NCBI GenBank assembly: GCA_964035545.1 | Contig: OZ037770.1 | Span: 4,124,662-4,188,661 of the forward strand | From: Bugula neritina | Lineage: Eukaryota > Animalia > Bryozoa | Length of the DNA: 64,000 nt | Direction of reading: 5' to 3' | Shown: positions 29,117-43,200 of the stretch, in pieces | Layout: each line of letters begins with the position of its first letter | Position numbering within the stretch: position 1 is the stretch's first letter | Notes under the pieces: generated by a model | Database searches by the model: none | What the model was told of the DNA's origin: nothing | What the model saw: only the letters and a program-made list of their open reading frames with translations | Translations under genes and position numbers: made by a program

Positions 29117-31223
29117 TTAGGGGTTTTCTTCTCTACTAAGCCCATCGAAGCCAGGAAACAGGTAAAGTCTTTTACGGAGAGGAAGAGTCTTCCAGATTAC
29201 TACCAAATTTCTGCTTCTCTCTGAATCTTCATCTGTATACAGTTTCTTAACTAGTTTAGTCTGTACCTGTAAAGTAAGTGATGACTAGTAAGATTGTTTA
29301 TCAATTCACTATTATAGCTGTGATAAAATGTAAATTTCAGCTTTTAGAATATTGTATCCCACTTGTAACAAATATGAACAGCAAACACTTTGGGAATTGT
29401 CTACCGCAGTCATATCATATAGCATATAGCAGTACAGTGGCACTAGTATATTAGCAAACTACAAGAACATATAGACAAGGAAGAGAAACTATAATCAATA
29501 TAGTGAGCCAATATATGCTAAAGGAATTGTAGGAGCAAAAACTACCAGGTAAACTAGAAAAAACTAGGAAGGATGTTCTGTTACTAAAACTATAGTGGAT
29601 ATTTTCTTTTAGAAGACAATAGGGTTTAAACATAGAAATGAATAAAATGATATGATGAGAAATAATATTTTAATTTCTTAAATAAAAGTTGAGCTAGCCA
29701 AAAAAGTATTGTGATTTTTAAACTTTAAAAGTATAAATAGTTTGTGAATTATAAACCCACCTGCTGAAAGATGGTGTAGAGATCCCGGTGACAGGCATGT
29801 TTGTAGATTGAAGATACTAGAGCTCTAATCATAGGAGATCCATACTCAGGATGTCTCTTTGATGCTAAAATACAATTAAGTGCAACCAAAATCTATAGGC
29901 TTATAGCCAGACCAAGTTTAACAGGTTTTAGTTATGGCATAGGCTTATCATATTTAAAATCTCAAAGTTCTGGAACACATTCTACTCTTTTCAGTTTAGT
30001 AGTTATTAGAATCAAAGCCCTTACAAAATGCGGGAATAATACAAAATCGGTAAACCACATTTTATGCAAGGTACAACAGCTCAGACAAGCTTATAGCCAA
30101 TCACTGTCTCTTATTATACTTACAGCAGACGTTACTCTTCAGAACAAGAAGATTATCAACATCCAGTCTGGTCATATGTTCTTCTATTCTATATTCTGGT
30201 GGTAAGACAGGTCTGATGGGTCTTATCACACTGGGTGTTTCAGGATATACAATATCATCCTCAGATTCAGAATGTGTAGAAGAGACAGCTTCAGTTTCTT
30301 CTTCTTGAGCTGCTGCAAGACCTGATCTCTCTGGATTCTCTTCAATGTTTGCTGCAACACATATAATTTAGTTATCAGGGAAGTAAGATAGATCAAAACA
30401 TCCATTTTCGTAGCAAAGTTGCCTAACCAATTTTATATGACACATTTCTGAAGATGTCCTTTTTTTTCTGTAAAAAATCATCTTAATGAAACAAAGAAGT
30501 TTTGACTACTGTGTAACCACTCAAATAAGTGTGTCCGTTTTTATTACAAAACAATATTCACCTTCGCTGCAAGCTTCCAGGATGACAACTGTAGGTTTAG
30601 GCTTTAAACTCAAAGGAGCGAGCAAATCATAAAAGTCTGTAAGGTTGACCTTCTCAAGGTCAGTTCCATAGATGCAGTTATCTTCACCACCATGAGTCAT
30701 AATAACCAGTATTTGACAACCCAAGCCATTGTTTTTTTCTCCTCTTATCTCAGACTTCACAGCCGACATCATTTCCTACAAATTTGGAAACAACTATAAT
30801 AATATTATATAATTGATACAAGTTTATGATAACTGAATAAAAGAATAATTTTTGAACTAGCAAAAAACAAAGTTTTGACCAGCAATAAACATGATTTGGG
30901 TTTTTTATTTAGGCCTTATTTTGAAGCATTGATAAACTAAGTAGTTAGGTGATGGTGTCAATTTTTAAGGTTTAATCAAGCAAGTGTCATGTTTCATATA
31001 CATGTAGATAAACTGAATGAATACTATTGCTTTCAGTCTAACAATATTATACCTCTGCTGTTAAGTCTGTGTGTGTCTCAACATCAAACTTAAGAGAGTT
31101 CAACATGACAGACATGTTCTCAACATCAGCATCTGAACCTTCCCTGCATAAGTCTGGTCTTTCGACAAAGTTCTTGTTGTTTATTATCAGAGCTCTTCCT
31201 CTCTCTCTGGTCATACTGAACAC
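29117..31223 (-). CDS. Caspase (peptidase C14A) domain exons: p20, acidic linker, p10
   Basis: VFSMTRERGRALIINNKNF..REGSDADV; LVIMTHG..IYGTD (catalytic His); KPTVVILEACSE (catalytic Cys); SKRHPEYGSPMIRALV; TLPLRKRLYLFPG. Confidence 0.92.
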
Positions 31224-34200
31224 CTAGATTCAATTTTCAGACAATCGCGTACAGTGGTGCCATACAAGTATGTATATCGACATTATATTTTGAAGCACTC
31301 CAAGAAAAATAATTACAATTATTCTAGAGCTCATGAAGCCATTTGGAGCCTCAAAGTTAGAAGTCTCATAGAAAACACTATAACCAGGGATGTAGTGGCA
31401 AAAATATTCTAGGCCATACTCTCAGGCCGGGGGTCCAGGGGGCCGCCCAGGCCCCCCGCGGGGTCCGGGGCAGCGCCCCGGCTGCTGAAGCCCTCAGGGC
31501 TCTTCTGATGCAAATTTATGCAATTTAAAGCCATTGTGAATTCTAATTCTTCTGAAAAAATATGTGTTGAAATGTGCACTTCACCATTATTTTCATACCA
31601 TCCCAGCTACATGACGACTGGGCATTGCTGCAAACTATATAAATATTCAGTATTGTCCCATACTTGTTGACTGTAATTTTAAATGTAATCTTACTCAACT
31701 GCAGTTAGGTTTGTTCTGACATGCACCAAGTCCAAACTGTACAGAAAAATTGCTGAAGATCTCACAAAGATGGAAGGATAGAGGCAGGTAACAAGTGCTC
31801 ACCAAATGCAACCTGATTATTTTAATAATAACTAATAGACTGAGGTGCCCAGAAAAAGAATAATAGATCAGAAAGGAGGCAGATTACAAATCAGAAAATG
31901 TGTGGTTGTTTTTTATAAAGAGCAATTTGAATTGATAGCTCATTGGCAAGCAGAAATTGGTTAAAAACCTAATTGGAGTTTATTAGAGTATTAGTCTAAA
32001 CCATAAAGAGATACCACCACACCTACTTAACACACAATAAAGCAAACCCAAGAAGAGTATGTTAACTTGGTTTTAAAATAAAACCCTTAAACTTTCACTA
32101 GACACATCAAGGAAACATACCCCAAATGAAAAAATTTGACAGGTTTAATATGTGTTAACCTAGAAGATGATTAAATATAAAGCCAGATGTTAGTTAGTAC
32201 AATCAAACATAAACGGTTACTTATGGTGGTGTACAGTTTGGAAAAAACTCATTGCATTGATAATTAACATGCAATAACGCTAGGTTTTTGAGCAAAATGT
32301 GGACATAGTACCTGTGGACCTCAGTGATAAATTTTCGTTAACCTCTCCTACACAACTGGTATTGTTTCTTGAAGAGATTTTGATTTTATTTCTGGATTTC
32401 ATGTTGGTTTTTTTAAATTTCATTGCTTATTGACAAAATACAAGTCCACACAAGATAGATAAGGGCAACCTTCTAGCTGTCACTGCCTAATTGTGCTAGA
32501 ATAAAAATTTAAAAACCATGTTGTAGATCTACCTGTTCCTCAGAGCACCTGCTTTTTCGAGTTTTCAATACTTTTTTGCAAAGTTTTAGACAAAAAACTA
32601 CCCATTTTTGCCAATTTTATCTGAAAAGTTTATTTTTCAAAATCTGCCAAATTTCTCAGCAGGAAAGCATGTTATTGGAATAGAACAAACACTGTCGGAA
32701 ACCTGAGAAATTTATGCATAGCAAATTTTTTGATCCTTTCAATAGCCTTCATAGATTTTCCACAAATTAGTGATTTACACACTGAAATGAAATATTTTTC
32801 TCTTAGCAATCACCAATGCACAGCACTTCGCGCTTCAGTGAACACGTAAAGATGAGAAGACGGAATGTTGATAGCTCTTATTATTCATAGTGTAATCTCA
32901 GGCTAAACCATCACAAGTAGGTAACACGCATGCCACCCACATAGCATCAACATAACAAGAACTTAAACTAGATTGTGAGCGAAAACTTATGATATTCTCA
33001 GTGAGGATGCCCTAACTATCCTGTGCACTAATCATCTTTCAAAAATATTATGCCCATACGGGCGTATGGCCTAGAACAGTCTGTTTTCTTCTAGGCCATA
33101 CGGCGTATGGGACCGTATGGGTACCACTACATCCCTGACTATAACACTCTCTTGCAAAATCAATTTTTATTTTTGTGCCAAGTTTTAAGTTCATTACTTT
33201 TTAGCTATAAAGTTGAATAAAAAATTTTTGTTTAAAAGATCAATTGTCAGCTTTACCAAAAAAAAACATTTAAATACTCAATTAAGTGCTAATCGGTATT
33301 TTGGCACGAGTCATTCAGGATATGATTTAATGAGGTTACAAAATACGAGTTATTACACTGCATGATTCTACTTTATCAAAAATAGCTTATATATTTAACA
33401 CTAAGTTTTTACAAACCAAGCATGTGTTTGCAAAGTTGTAGAAGTAAATAAGGACAATTTATGGTTATAATGGATTTTCTTTGCACATAACACTTTACTG
33501 GCCTTAAAATAGACCATGGTCTAATTTATGTGAACAAAATTTCTAAAACCAAACCATCTGCAAAACATTCACTTAGCTCACAGATACAATTGATCGCAAT
33601 AGCAATTATGGTAAAATCAACTTCAAGTTTGAAGGTAAAAAAAATCATATAAATATTTGTCCCACTAGGATTACTCTATGGCCATAGGAGATATTACTGG
33701 GAAATCCCAATCCTTCATTCCAAGCAACTCTTTTGGCTTCAATTTATAACTCGTTCAGTCTTCAGGCTCTCTTAGCCTCTCACCTCCTTAGGAGTACCGC
33801 TACTCCTACTACTACTCTTTACAAAAGGTCAAAAAAGCCCAAAAAAATTGCCCCCTCCCTACTGGAATTCAAATGGCAGAAGGCCAGCTTTCAAGCATGC
33901 AAGGTTGGATAAACATTACACCACAATGACTAAAGAGTAATCTCCACACAACAGATGCCTTCTAATCATGATAACCAATTGAACCCAAATGAATAAAAGC
34001 AGAGCAGAAACTATTATGGCTAAACCAAAACGTATAAGTATAGTGAAATGATGGTATTTGAAAATTTGCATGCATTCAGGTCAATTGATTATCAAATGTA
34101 ATTGAACAACTGCACATGACAATTTAGTAAAAGGAGTTTTAGAAACTGAAATACTGTGGTAAAATTGTGTATACTTCAATAATTGTTTCGTGTATTTCTT

Positions 34201-37200
34201 ACTAGTATTTCTTTTATTCCTATGGAATGCGTGTTTTTCCTAAATGTATTAGTTAGCGTAGCACCAGTCCATTAACAGCTAGGTGTCATGATAGTAATGA
34301 CTGAATTAGTTATTGTTCCTAGCTAGGCATTATTATAGTAAAGCTGGATTAGCAACTATTCATAGCTACGCATAGGACTGCTCATATAACTAAAGATGAC
34401 TGGAAATTTCACTCGAAATTCGCTTAATTCGAGCAAATTCCTGCTGACCTTTTGTTATTACCCTGCGAATCCCCTGCGATTCAAGCAAACTCCCTCAAAT
34501 TCGCATAGAACTTTCTAGACTAGTTACATCCAAATATATTAAAGGATTGCTCTATCTTGTCTAATAAATGGCCATTTAGGTCAAACACACATAATATTGT
34601 GTTTTTCTAAGCATGCATTGACAAAAAGCATTTGACCAAAGGTAGAAAAAGTTAGTTGAAGTTGAGGGTGTAGATTGGTAACAGTCAAAACGCTGATTTT
34701 GAAATGAGCTGGGAAATGTGACGTAACAGCGCCAGCATTCCTGCTGGTCTCGTGACTATACAAATGAATAACAATAGAAATATGACTGTGAGATGTGATC
34801 TTTCAGCTCGTAATTTGTATATTTATAGAAGTGCAAATGTGAATTATCTCAATCTATAGTTTTTTGACATGTTAAATAACATGTATGTGATAACATTAGG
34901 CTGTATTTTGCTTGTAAACATAGAAAAAAGCATTGCAAAAACATGCATTCTTTAGGATGAATGCCTGCGATCGATCTAAACTAGGTCAGATTGTGCAATA
35001 TTACGGGCGCACCAAAGCTGATCTATATAGCGCACTGTAACTGCTTGAACGTTATTGGTTGATGTTGCGCTCAGCAACCTTGAATAGTAGCGTTATAGTT
35101 AGCACGTGCAGCATAGTTACTGGCGTTCACACGTCACGTATTAGGCTATTCTTTCTCATGGCTGAAAATTTTACCTCCCTCAAAATTGGAATTTTGAAAA
35201 GCTGTCTTCTAGGCATATTGTAGTGAATTTTGCCAGTTCACTATTATTATTTGTGGGTCTACTTAATCAAAGCCACTGCGACAGGTTGTTTACGATAAGA
35301 TATTTTATTAGTTATACAAATAATAAGAAGGTTATTTACTGCTAGCATGAATAGAAAAACGGTTACATAATTAACGAGCTTTAATACACAACTGTTCTAA
35401 ATGAAATCCCAAGCTGCTCTGCCGGCTAGCTACTCAGCGCACTGCAACTACGAGTAGCTAGCTCCACCTGCTATCAATTAATGTCATTGTCCTGATTGGT
35501 GGCTACTAGTGGTGCCACTACTGCCCATAGCTACACTCCGACAGTGTCGAACTCACAAGATGCATAAAACAATATAGAGTTAACCTTTTCGATTAATACC
35601 ATAATACTTGCGCCACTAAAATCTACCACAATATATCCCTTTGCAAAGTCACAATTGTTTGCATACACATTAGATTATAGTTCATAATTACAATGTGATT
35701 GTAATAAACTAAGATAGAGCAATCCTTTAAAGGGAGCCTTCAAACCAGTGAATTGAGTTGACTGCCAGCATATCAGATGAAGACACAACTCGGAGCTACC
35801 AAGCAAGGACACTTGTATACCTAATGCATGGTTATTTACCTTATACTTAGAATAATAGTAGTACATATAGTTTTCCACGTGATGTAAGGAGTTATCCTCT
35901 CTAACTCTTTTTCTATTTTTGGATATATATTGGAGTACAATAAAGGATAGTGAGTATAAACTTTCTTATTTGTTTATTAATAAATATTCTCAGCAAAGAA
36001 TCACTGTGTTCCATCAGCTAATAACCCACACCAATAATTACATGCAGCGATTAATAACATTCCACGCATAAAATTATTACAATACTCTATACTGGGCGGA
36101 GAAAGGAGAGCTGCTATAACTTATGTTCATCAGCTGAAAAACTCACCTTGTCAGTGTTTGAGAAGAGTTGTTTTATCTTTGGGTTGGTTGTTGGCTTTAG
36201 TTCAATTTTTATTAACTTCATGCCTTCTTCAGGTTGCAGATTGTCATCATCTTCAAAGAGATTACTCAGATCTTCATCATTTAACTCATCTACGATCACA
36301 TGATTAGACAGATTATTGCCAAAATTTGAAACCATAAACTGCACATTTTGCTTAGACAGGAGTAGAAGCAATTAATTTCAAAAATCACAATTAGATATGA
36401 TTTGTAGGGAAGTGTAGAGCAAAATTTGCAAAGCCTTTAATTTTACCAATACTGTGGGTTTAAAAAGTAAGTTCTGTCTAAAAAGTTTACCGTTTGATTT
36501 GTTCTGCTCTCTTCGAAGTTTGAGCTCAGAAAGGAACTTCTTCAATTGATTTGTTTCTGCTTCAGACAAAGTCTCACCTGAGCAAAACAGATGTAATTAG
36601 TAACATTAAAACTGGATGAGAGGCATTAGAAGAATATGAGACATAATCAAAGGCTCATGTATCAAGTTTACACTTTATAAGTCAGTCTAAAAGTTCGTTA
36701 AAGTAGCTGTGTAGTTTGCTAATGTCCATCTAGCTGCTATTAAAATTCATCAATGCCTGAAAAAACAGTAGATACGTTTTGATAGTGCAACAAACTATTT
36801 AAAAACATTTGGGCAAAGCAATCAAAGGTGAATCATAGTTGTAAACATACATGGATGAATTAGAGCACTGGGTATCTCTTCATTGTTACACAATATCTTT
36901 GAAGATCCATGACACTTCTTGACATTTAGTGGCAGTTGGCTTTTCAAAGATCGGAGACACCATTTAGGATGCAAAAGCTTTTTAGGGCAAGAAACCCCCA
37001 GTAGCATGCAGTGAGCACAGATGCAGGCAGTAACTGGTCGACTAGCAGTCCAAGTTTCCATGACATGTTTGAGAATGTTGTTTGTAGCTGAGATGAGTTT
37101 CTCCCACATCTTGGAAATGTGAGGAGCATCGGATGACACATAGAGTAAGACTCTTCTAGATTCATAGTCATGTGTCAGCTGTGTGTATGTCTCATCTTGA

Positions 37201-40200
37201 TAGACATTAGCTCCATTTCTCTTCACTTTCATTGTAGCAAACTTTTTAGAAAACAGTTCTAGCAAACCAACTGTCATTTGATAGTAGACATGCTGCGGTA
37301 AAGCCAGGCCCTTAAACTTTATCTCAGTGTGAAGGACCATATCCTTTGGTGAGGTGTAAGACACACCGTGATGTTCCTTAGCAAACTGAGGGACGATGAA
37401 GTACGGTTCATGGACATCATTTTCGAGAGGGCCATATAACAAACGGAATGTTCTAAGCAAGCAAACAGCAGTTTCAACATCATGACAGCTTTTAAATAAT
37501 GTTTCCTTTGCGATCAAATATGTTAGAAGAGATTTCATCATCAAACCTGTTGTTTTGAAGCAATTCACAGACTCTTCAAACTCTTCTGTTTCAATTCTCA
37601 ACCCTTCTTCGGAAACGCATGATTGAAAGTGATCAACTCTTTTCTGCCAGATCTCTGGGTTATGATGATACAAGACACAGAGTAGTTTGGTAACTTCTGT
37701 GATCTTGTGAAATATGTATAGTTTAAGTGCTTCAATATTCTTATACCAGAGAACTTTACCGCAGTCATGCATGTATGTGAGAATAGTATCTAGCTGATGT
37801 GGCTCTACCTCAAAGCCTTCTTTTGTCAATTCCACCAGAATAAATGAAAAAGAGCTGAATGCTCCGGTTAAAGACAAAACTTTCTCATTCACTTCTTCCC
37901 AGATCAGTGGCAAAAGCTTAACAAAGGGCTGACTGCTTGAAAGAAGAGAGCTCTTTATTATTTCAAACTCAGCATACTTGTCATCCTTTCCAATCTGATA
38001 AATATCTGCACTGGCAAAAACCTTTCCATTTGATGAGTTGAAATGCTGTATTTTCGCAAAATTTCCATCTGAACCTTTCTCTTCATCAAGAACCTCTTTG
38101 CACAGCTGTTCAGATACTCTAAGAAAGTTTTCTTTAAGCTGTTGGAAGTGTTGACTCTGGAACTTATCCTTGTGTGTAAAGACAAGCTTAGGTGGGCCAA
38201 GAGATGGATGGGCAAGATAGAGGTGAGACATAAAGTCAAAGGCCAACTTTCTGACAGCCTCTGTGTTTGTAAACTCATTTGAAATCTGATCATACTGCTC
38301 CATGTTGACTACAATTACCGGTACACAATTCTGTCTCAGTGTTAAATGGTATGTGATATGGTAAACTTCTTGGCCTCCCATATCTATGAGACGAAGAGTT
38401 GTACCATCCACCTCCACCTCTTCTACATTGAACACTTTTGTGGTCTCATCATACTCTGCATTAGGACTTCTGTCAGTCAGAACTCTCTTCTTATCAGTGC
38501 TCTGTAATGTTCTGATTAGACTAGTTTTACCTGCCATGGTGTTTCCCAAAACCACTATTGTAGCAAATGGCAGATTTCTACCAGCACCCTTAGCCAAATC
38601 TGTGTAGTATTGTCGCACAGCATCTAATCCTCTTTGACAGACTTCTAGTGGAGGAGATGTAAGAGCATCACATCTACGTGTATAGAGAGACTGAAGACGC
38701 GTTAGCTGTAGTATCTCAGGGTTCAAAGATGTCATGGATTTGTTGTAGGATATATCCAGTGTGTACAGATTACTCAATGTACACACTGAAGATGGTAGAC
38801 TGGTGAAGTTATTCATTGATATGCGTAGTTTCTGTAACTTTTGTAGATTCTGTATTCTAATAATATATTATATTCATATTATCAGCACATACTAAAGGTA
38901 TAAGTGAGATCTAATTATAGCTGTCATAAATCTACAATGATAGTAAAGGATTATACACCGAATTTGGACGTATGAAGTGGCAATGGCTACAGTGACCTTA
39001 TTATATAAAAGCCTTTAAAGTAGTATGGGATATAATTGTAATTCTAGAATTTTCATTTATTGACATTCTCACAATTATCAAGTGGTATTTTGATATTCCA
39101 AATCATTTACAACACTACAACTACAATGAATTGGTAAAAGATATTAAAGAAGTATTTTACTGTCACAATTCATAATTCTTCCATCATAAACAATATTGTT
39201 CTATAATATAACATGTAGTTGAGTATAACTGCTTACACTGATATTTTATTAGATATGTATAATATATCTTATATATATGTACTCTATATAATACAGTTAA
39301 TCTGCTACCGGGAACCATGTAACCGGTACTACCTGTTCCATGGGTCGGACTGTCGGCGACTAAACCGATACCCCCTAATGTCTTGACATTAGGGAGGGTG
39401 TACTGGACATCCATGTAGAACTAAAAATAACATCTACTAAAAATCTGAAAGACCATTCCAGTGGGTATCTGTGGCAGCCCTCAAGGGCGTGTACAGACAA
39501 ACGTGTATAACGGCCAGCCACTGCAGCAGGTTGTAAATGCTAGCATATCTTGACCTGTTCTTGCCGCTAGATCCCATTTACACCCTGCCGAGAGAGAGAA
39601 CATGGTAACGCGAAAGCCAAGTTCACTTAACCACTTCGCATGCAGTTTTATGGACTATGACAATGGAAACAGTATTTGATACCGGCACGAACGTCGCCCG
39701 GGTTAACAAGGTTCGCGCTGGTCTGCTCCCGCTCCGGCAGCCAGTGAAAAGTCAGCTAGGACGCAATGGAAAGTTCAGAAAAGTTCTGAGACTAGCAGAA
39801 TGGAATGTTAGAACATTACTAGACCGGAATAATTCAAAAAGACCAGAGAGGCAGACAGCACTTGTTGCAAAAGAGCTGGGCCGATATGATATCGATATTG
39901 CAGCTTTGTGTGAAACTCGGCTTGCCCTGAATGATAGCCTTGTTGATAATGGGTACACATTCTTTTGGAGTGGAAAAGGCGAGGAAGAAAGAAGAGAATC
40001 AGGGGTGGGGTTTGCTATCAGGAATACAATTATGCCTTATCTAGAACAAGAACCAACAGCAATAAGTGATAGAATTATAAGCATGAGACTTCCACTGAAA
40101 AAGAATCATTATGTGACAATAGTGAGTGCTTACGCTCCAACAATAACAAATACGGAAGAAAAGAAAGAGGAGTTTTACAATAAATTGAGAGAAACAGTAA

Positions 40201-43200
40201 AGAATATATCCATCACAGACAAACTGATTATAGCCGGTGACTTTAATGCAAGAGTAGGGTGTGAAGCTCAAAATTGGCCAGGCGTTATTGGTAATCAAGG
40301 AATTGGAAAATGTAACACAAATGGAGAGCTGCTACTGGCATTCTGTTCTGAATACCAGCTTGTTATCACGAACACAGTATTTAAGCACAGGCAGCATCAT
40401 AAAGTCACCTGGATGCACCCACGTTCTCAGCATTGGCACCTCCTCGATTATGTGATTACAAGACGGAAAGACCAGAATGATGTGCTAGATACTAGGGCAA
40501 TGAGAGGTGCTGATTGCTCAACTGACCATACCATGATCAGGTCCAAGCTAGCATTTGCATTAAGGAAAGCAAAGAACAAGACAAGAGGGAACTCCGCATG
40601 CAAACTCAATGTGGGGAAACTACAAAATCAGGATATGCTACAGGAGTTTCAGAAACAGATGGATAAGGCAATGGACTATAGGGATGATGATGGTGTAACG
40701 TTAGAAGAGAGATGGGGAAGGTTAAAGATCTCAGCCTTCAACACAGCTACCAAAGTCTTAGGTAGAGCAGAAAGAAAGCATCAAGATTGGTTTGATGACA
40801 ATGATGCAAAGCTGAATGCATTACTTAATGAACGAAATATGGCTAAATCAAAAGCACTACAGAGAAGAACAAGAAGTAGCACTGACCGATTAGCGCAAGC
40901 ACGCAGCAAGTTGCAAAAATACACTCGAGAGAAAAAGTCTCAATGGTGGGAGGAAAAAGCAGAATCACTCCAACAGGCAGCTGATAAAAACAACATGAAG
41001 GCATTTTACAATGGCCTTAGAGAAGTCTATGGGCCACAGAACAGGGGAATCACCCAATTGCTGGACCAAAGTGGTAAAACAGTACTTACAGCAAAGAATG
41101 ATACCTTAAAAAGGTTCGCCCAACATTTTGACCTGTTGCTGAATGTACCAGGGGAAGTGGATCAGGAAGCTCTCAATAGTCTCACAAATATGCCACCCAA
41201 TTTAAGCCTAGATGATATGCCAAGTTTTGATGAGCTTCTGGATGCTATAGATGCAACCAAGGAGAATAAATCTCCTGGAGAATGTGGCATTCCAGCTGAG
41301 GTGTGGAAGTACGGTGGAATCAGGCTTAAAGAGAGACTATATGATCTGATTGCTTATATATGGAGTAATGAGAAGATGCCACAGAACTGGAAAAATGCGA
41401 ACATTGTGCCCATTTTTAAAAAGGGTAGTAGGAAGGACTGTGGTAATTATAGAGGAATCTCGCTTTTGTCTATAGCTGGAAAGATTATGGCCCGTATCAT
41501 CCTCAACAAAATCAATGTAAATATAACTCCAGGAATACTTCCAGAAACACAGTGTGGCTTTCGAAACAGCAGGAGCACCATTGATATGATATTTAGCTTT
41601 CGACAAATTCAAGAAAAATGTGCTGAACAAAACATGGAGCTGTATGCTGTATTTATAGACTTTACAAAAGCCTTTGATACAGTATCAAGAGATGGCCTCT
41701 GGAGGGTACTGAAGAAGTTTGGCTTAACTGAGAAGGTCACCAACCTGATAAAAGCTCTTCATGCAGGCATGCAAGCCAAGGTAGTGCAAGGTAGAGATGC
41801 TTCAAATGAGTTTGTAGTAACCAATGGTGTCAAGCAGGGGTGTGTTCTTGCGCCAACACTATTTTCATTATACTTGACCGCTATGCTTGAGGTGGCATTT
41901 CAAAATGTAAATGAAGGGATTTATATTCAAACTCGACATGGGGCTGACCTCTTTAATGTGGCTCAGTTCAAGTCTAAGACCCGTACTACCAAACACCTAG
42001 TCAGAGAGATGTTGTTTGCTGATGACAGTGCTTTGGTGGCACATTGCGCTGCAGATATGCAGGTGCTAATGAACAACTTTGCAAAAGCAGCGGCTCAGTT
42101 TAGCTTGAAAATCAACATAAAAAAGACAGAATGCATGTACCAACCAATCAAACTCATCCACCCTCCACCTGAACCTGAAGTTGTCATGATAGATCAAGAA
42201 CCAGTTGTACTTGCCTCAGACTTTACTTATCTAGGAAGCACTGTTTCCTGTATGGCAAAAATAGATAAAGAGCTACGGAACAGATTAGGCAAAGCAAGTG
42301 CGGCTTACGGTAAGCTGCAGCAGAGACTCTGGAACAACAGACACGTATCCATCAGGGTAAAGTGTAAAGTCTACAGAGCGGTGGTGCTCTCAAGCCTGCT
42401 GTATGGAGCAGAAACATGGACAATATACAGGACACAGGTGAAGAAGCTAAGCGCTTTCATGATGAGGCAACTGAGAGACATAATGGCTGTAAAATGGTAT
42501 GACAAAGTTACGAATGAAGAAATATTAAGACGTGCCAATTTGCCAAGCTTGGCCGACATCCTTATAGAAAAGAACTTGAGATGGCTAGGCCATGTGCACA
42601 GGATGGAACATAGCCGGCTACCAAGACAATTGCTCTACTCTCAGCTGAAAGAGGGTAAAAGAAATACAGGGCGACCTAGACTCAGACTTAAAGATGTTGC
42701 TAAGAGGAATATGAAATGGAGAGCAATAAACTTGAGTTCATGGCAGCAGACAGCTGACAACAGAGCTGCGTGGAGAGCTGCAACCAAATCTAAGCTTAAT
42801 CCATAAAACAGTCATAGTCGTATCGACTGACTGCAAGAGAGAGAGATATAATACAGTTATAATCAAACTAGATAGAGACAAAGTTAATATGTATGAGTCT
42901 GCATGAAGTTTTACAGAAAGTATGTCAGGGAAGAACATAATACTATTCTCTATATTCTACCTAACAATGGTAAGAAATACACTTTTTGAACAGAAAGTTC
43001 AAGTTTTGATCAACTTTGCTATATGATGAAATACAAGTTTAGGGTACCATTGCACTATCTTGCAGGGATATTACGTGTGCATTCTTTGAAAGACAGTTTT
43101 GTAATTTATAAAGGAAAGCGAATTATTGAACGTAATATAGATATGAAAAACTTGTTATGTATATACTATTTCGAGCTTTACAGAGGAGAGATATGAACAC

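Noticed and set aside
33850-33925. tRNA gene on the - strand
   Set aside because: Only a degenerate B-box-like remnant with no cloverleaf; at most a SINE relic.
36147-36577. Death, CARD or DED domain between COR and caspase
   Set aside because: Only about 77 aa remain after splicing, with one helix and an acidic stretch; too short and lacking a six-helix pattern. An HMM search would settle it.
39300-39656. HDV-like ribozyme in the RTE 5' UTR (known for some RTEs)
   Set aside because: I could not build a convincing nested double pseudoknot by eye; it needs a covariance-model search.
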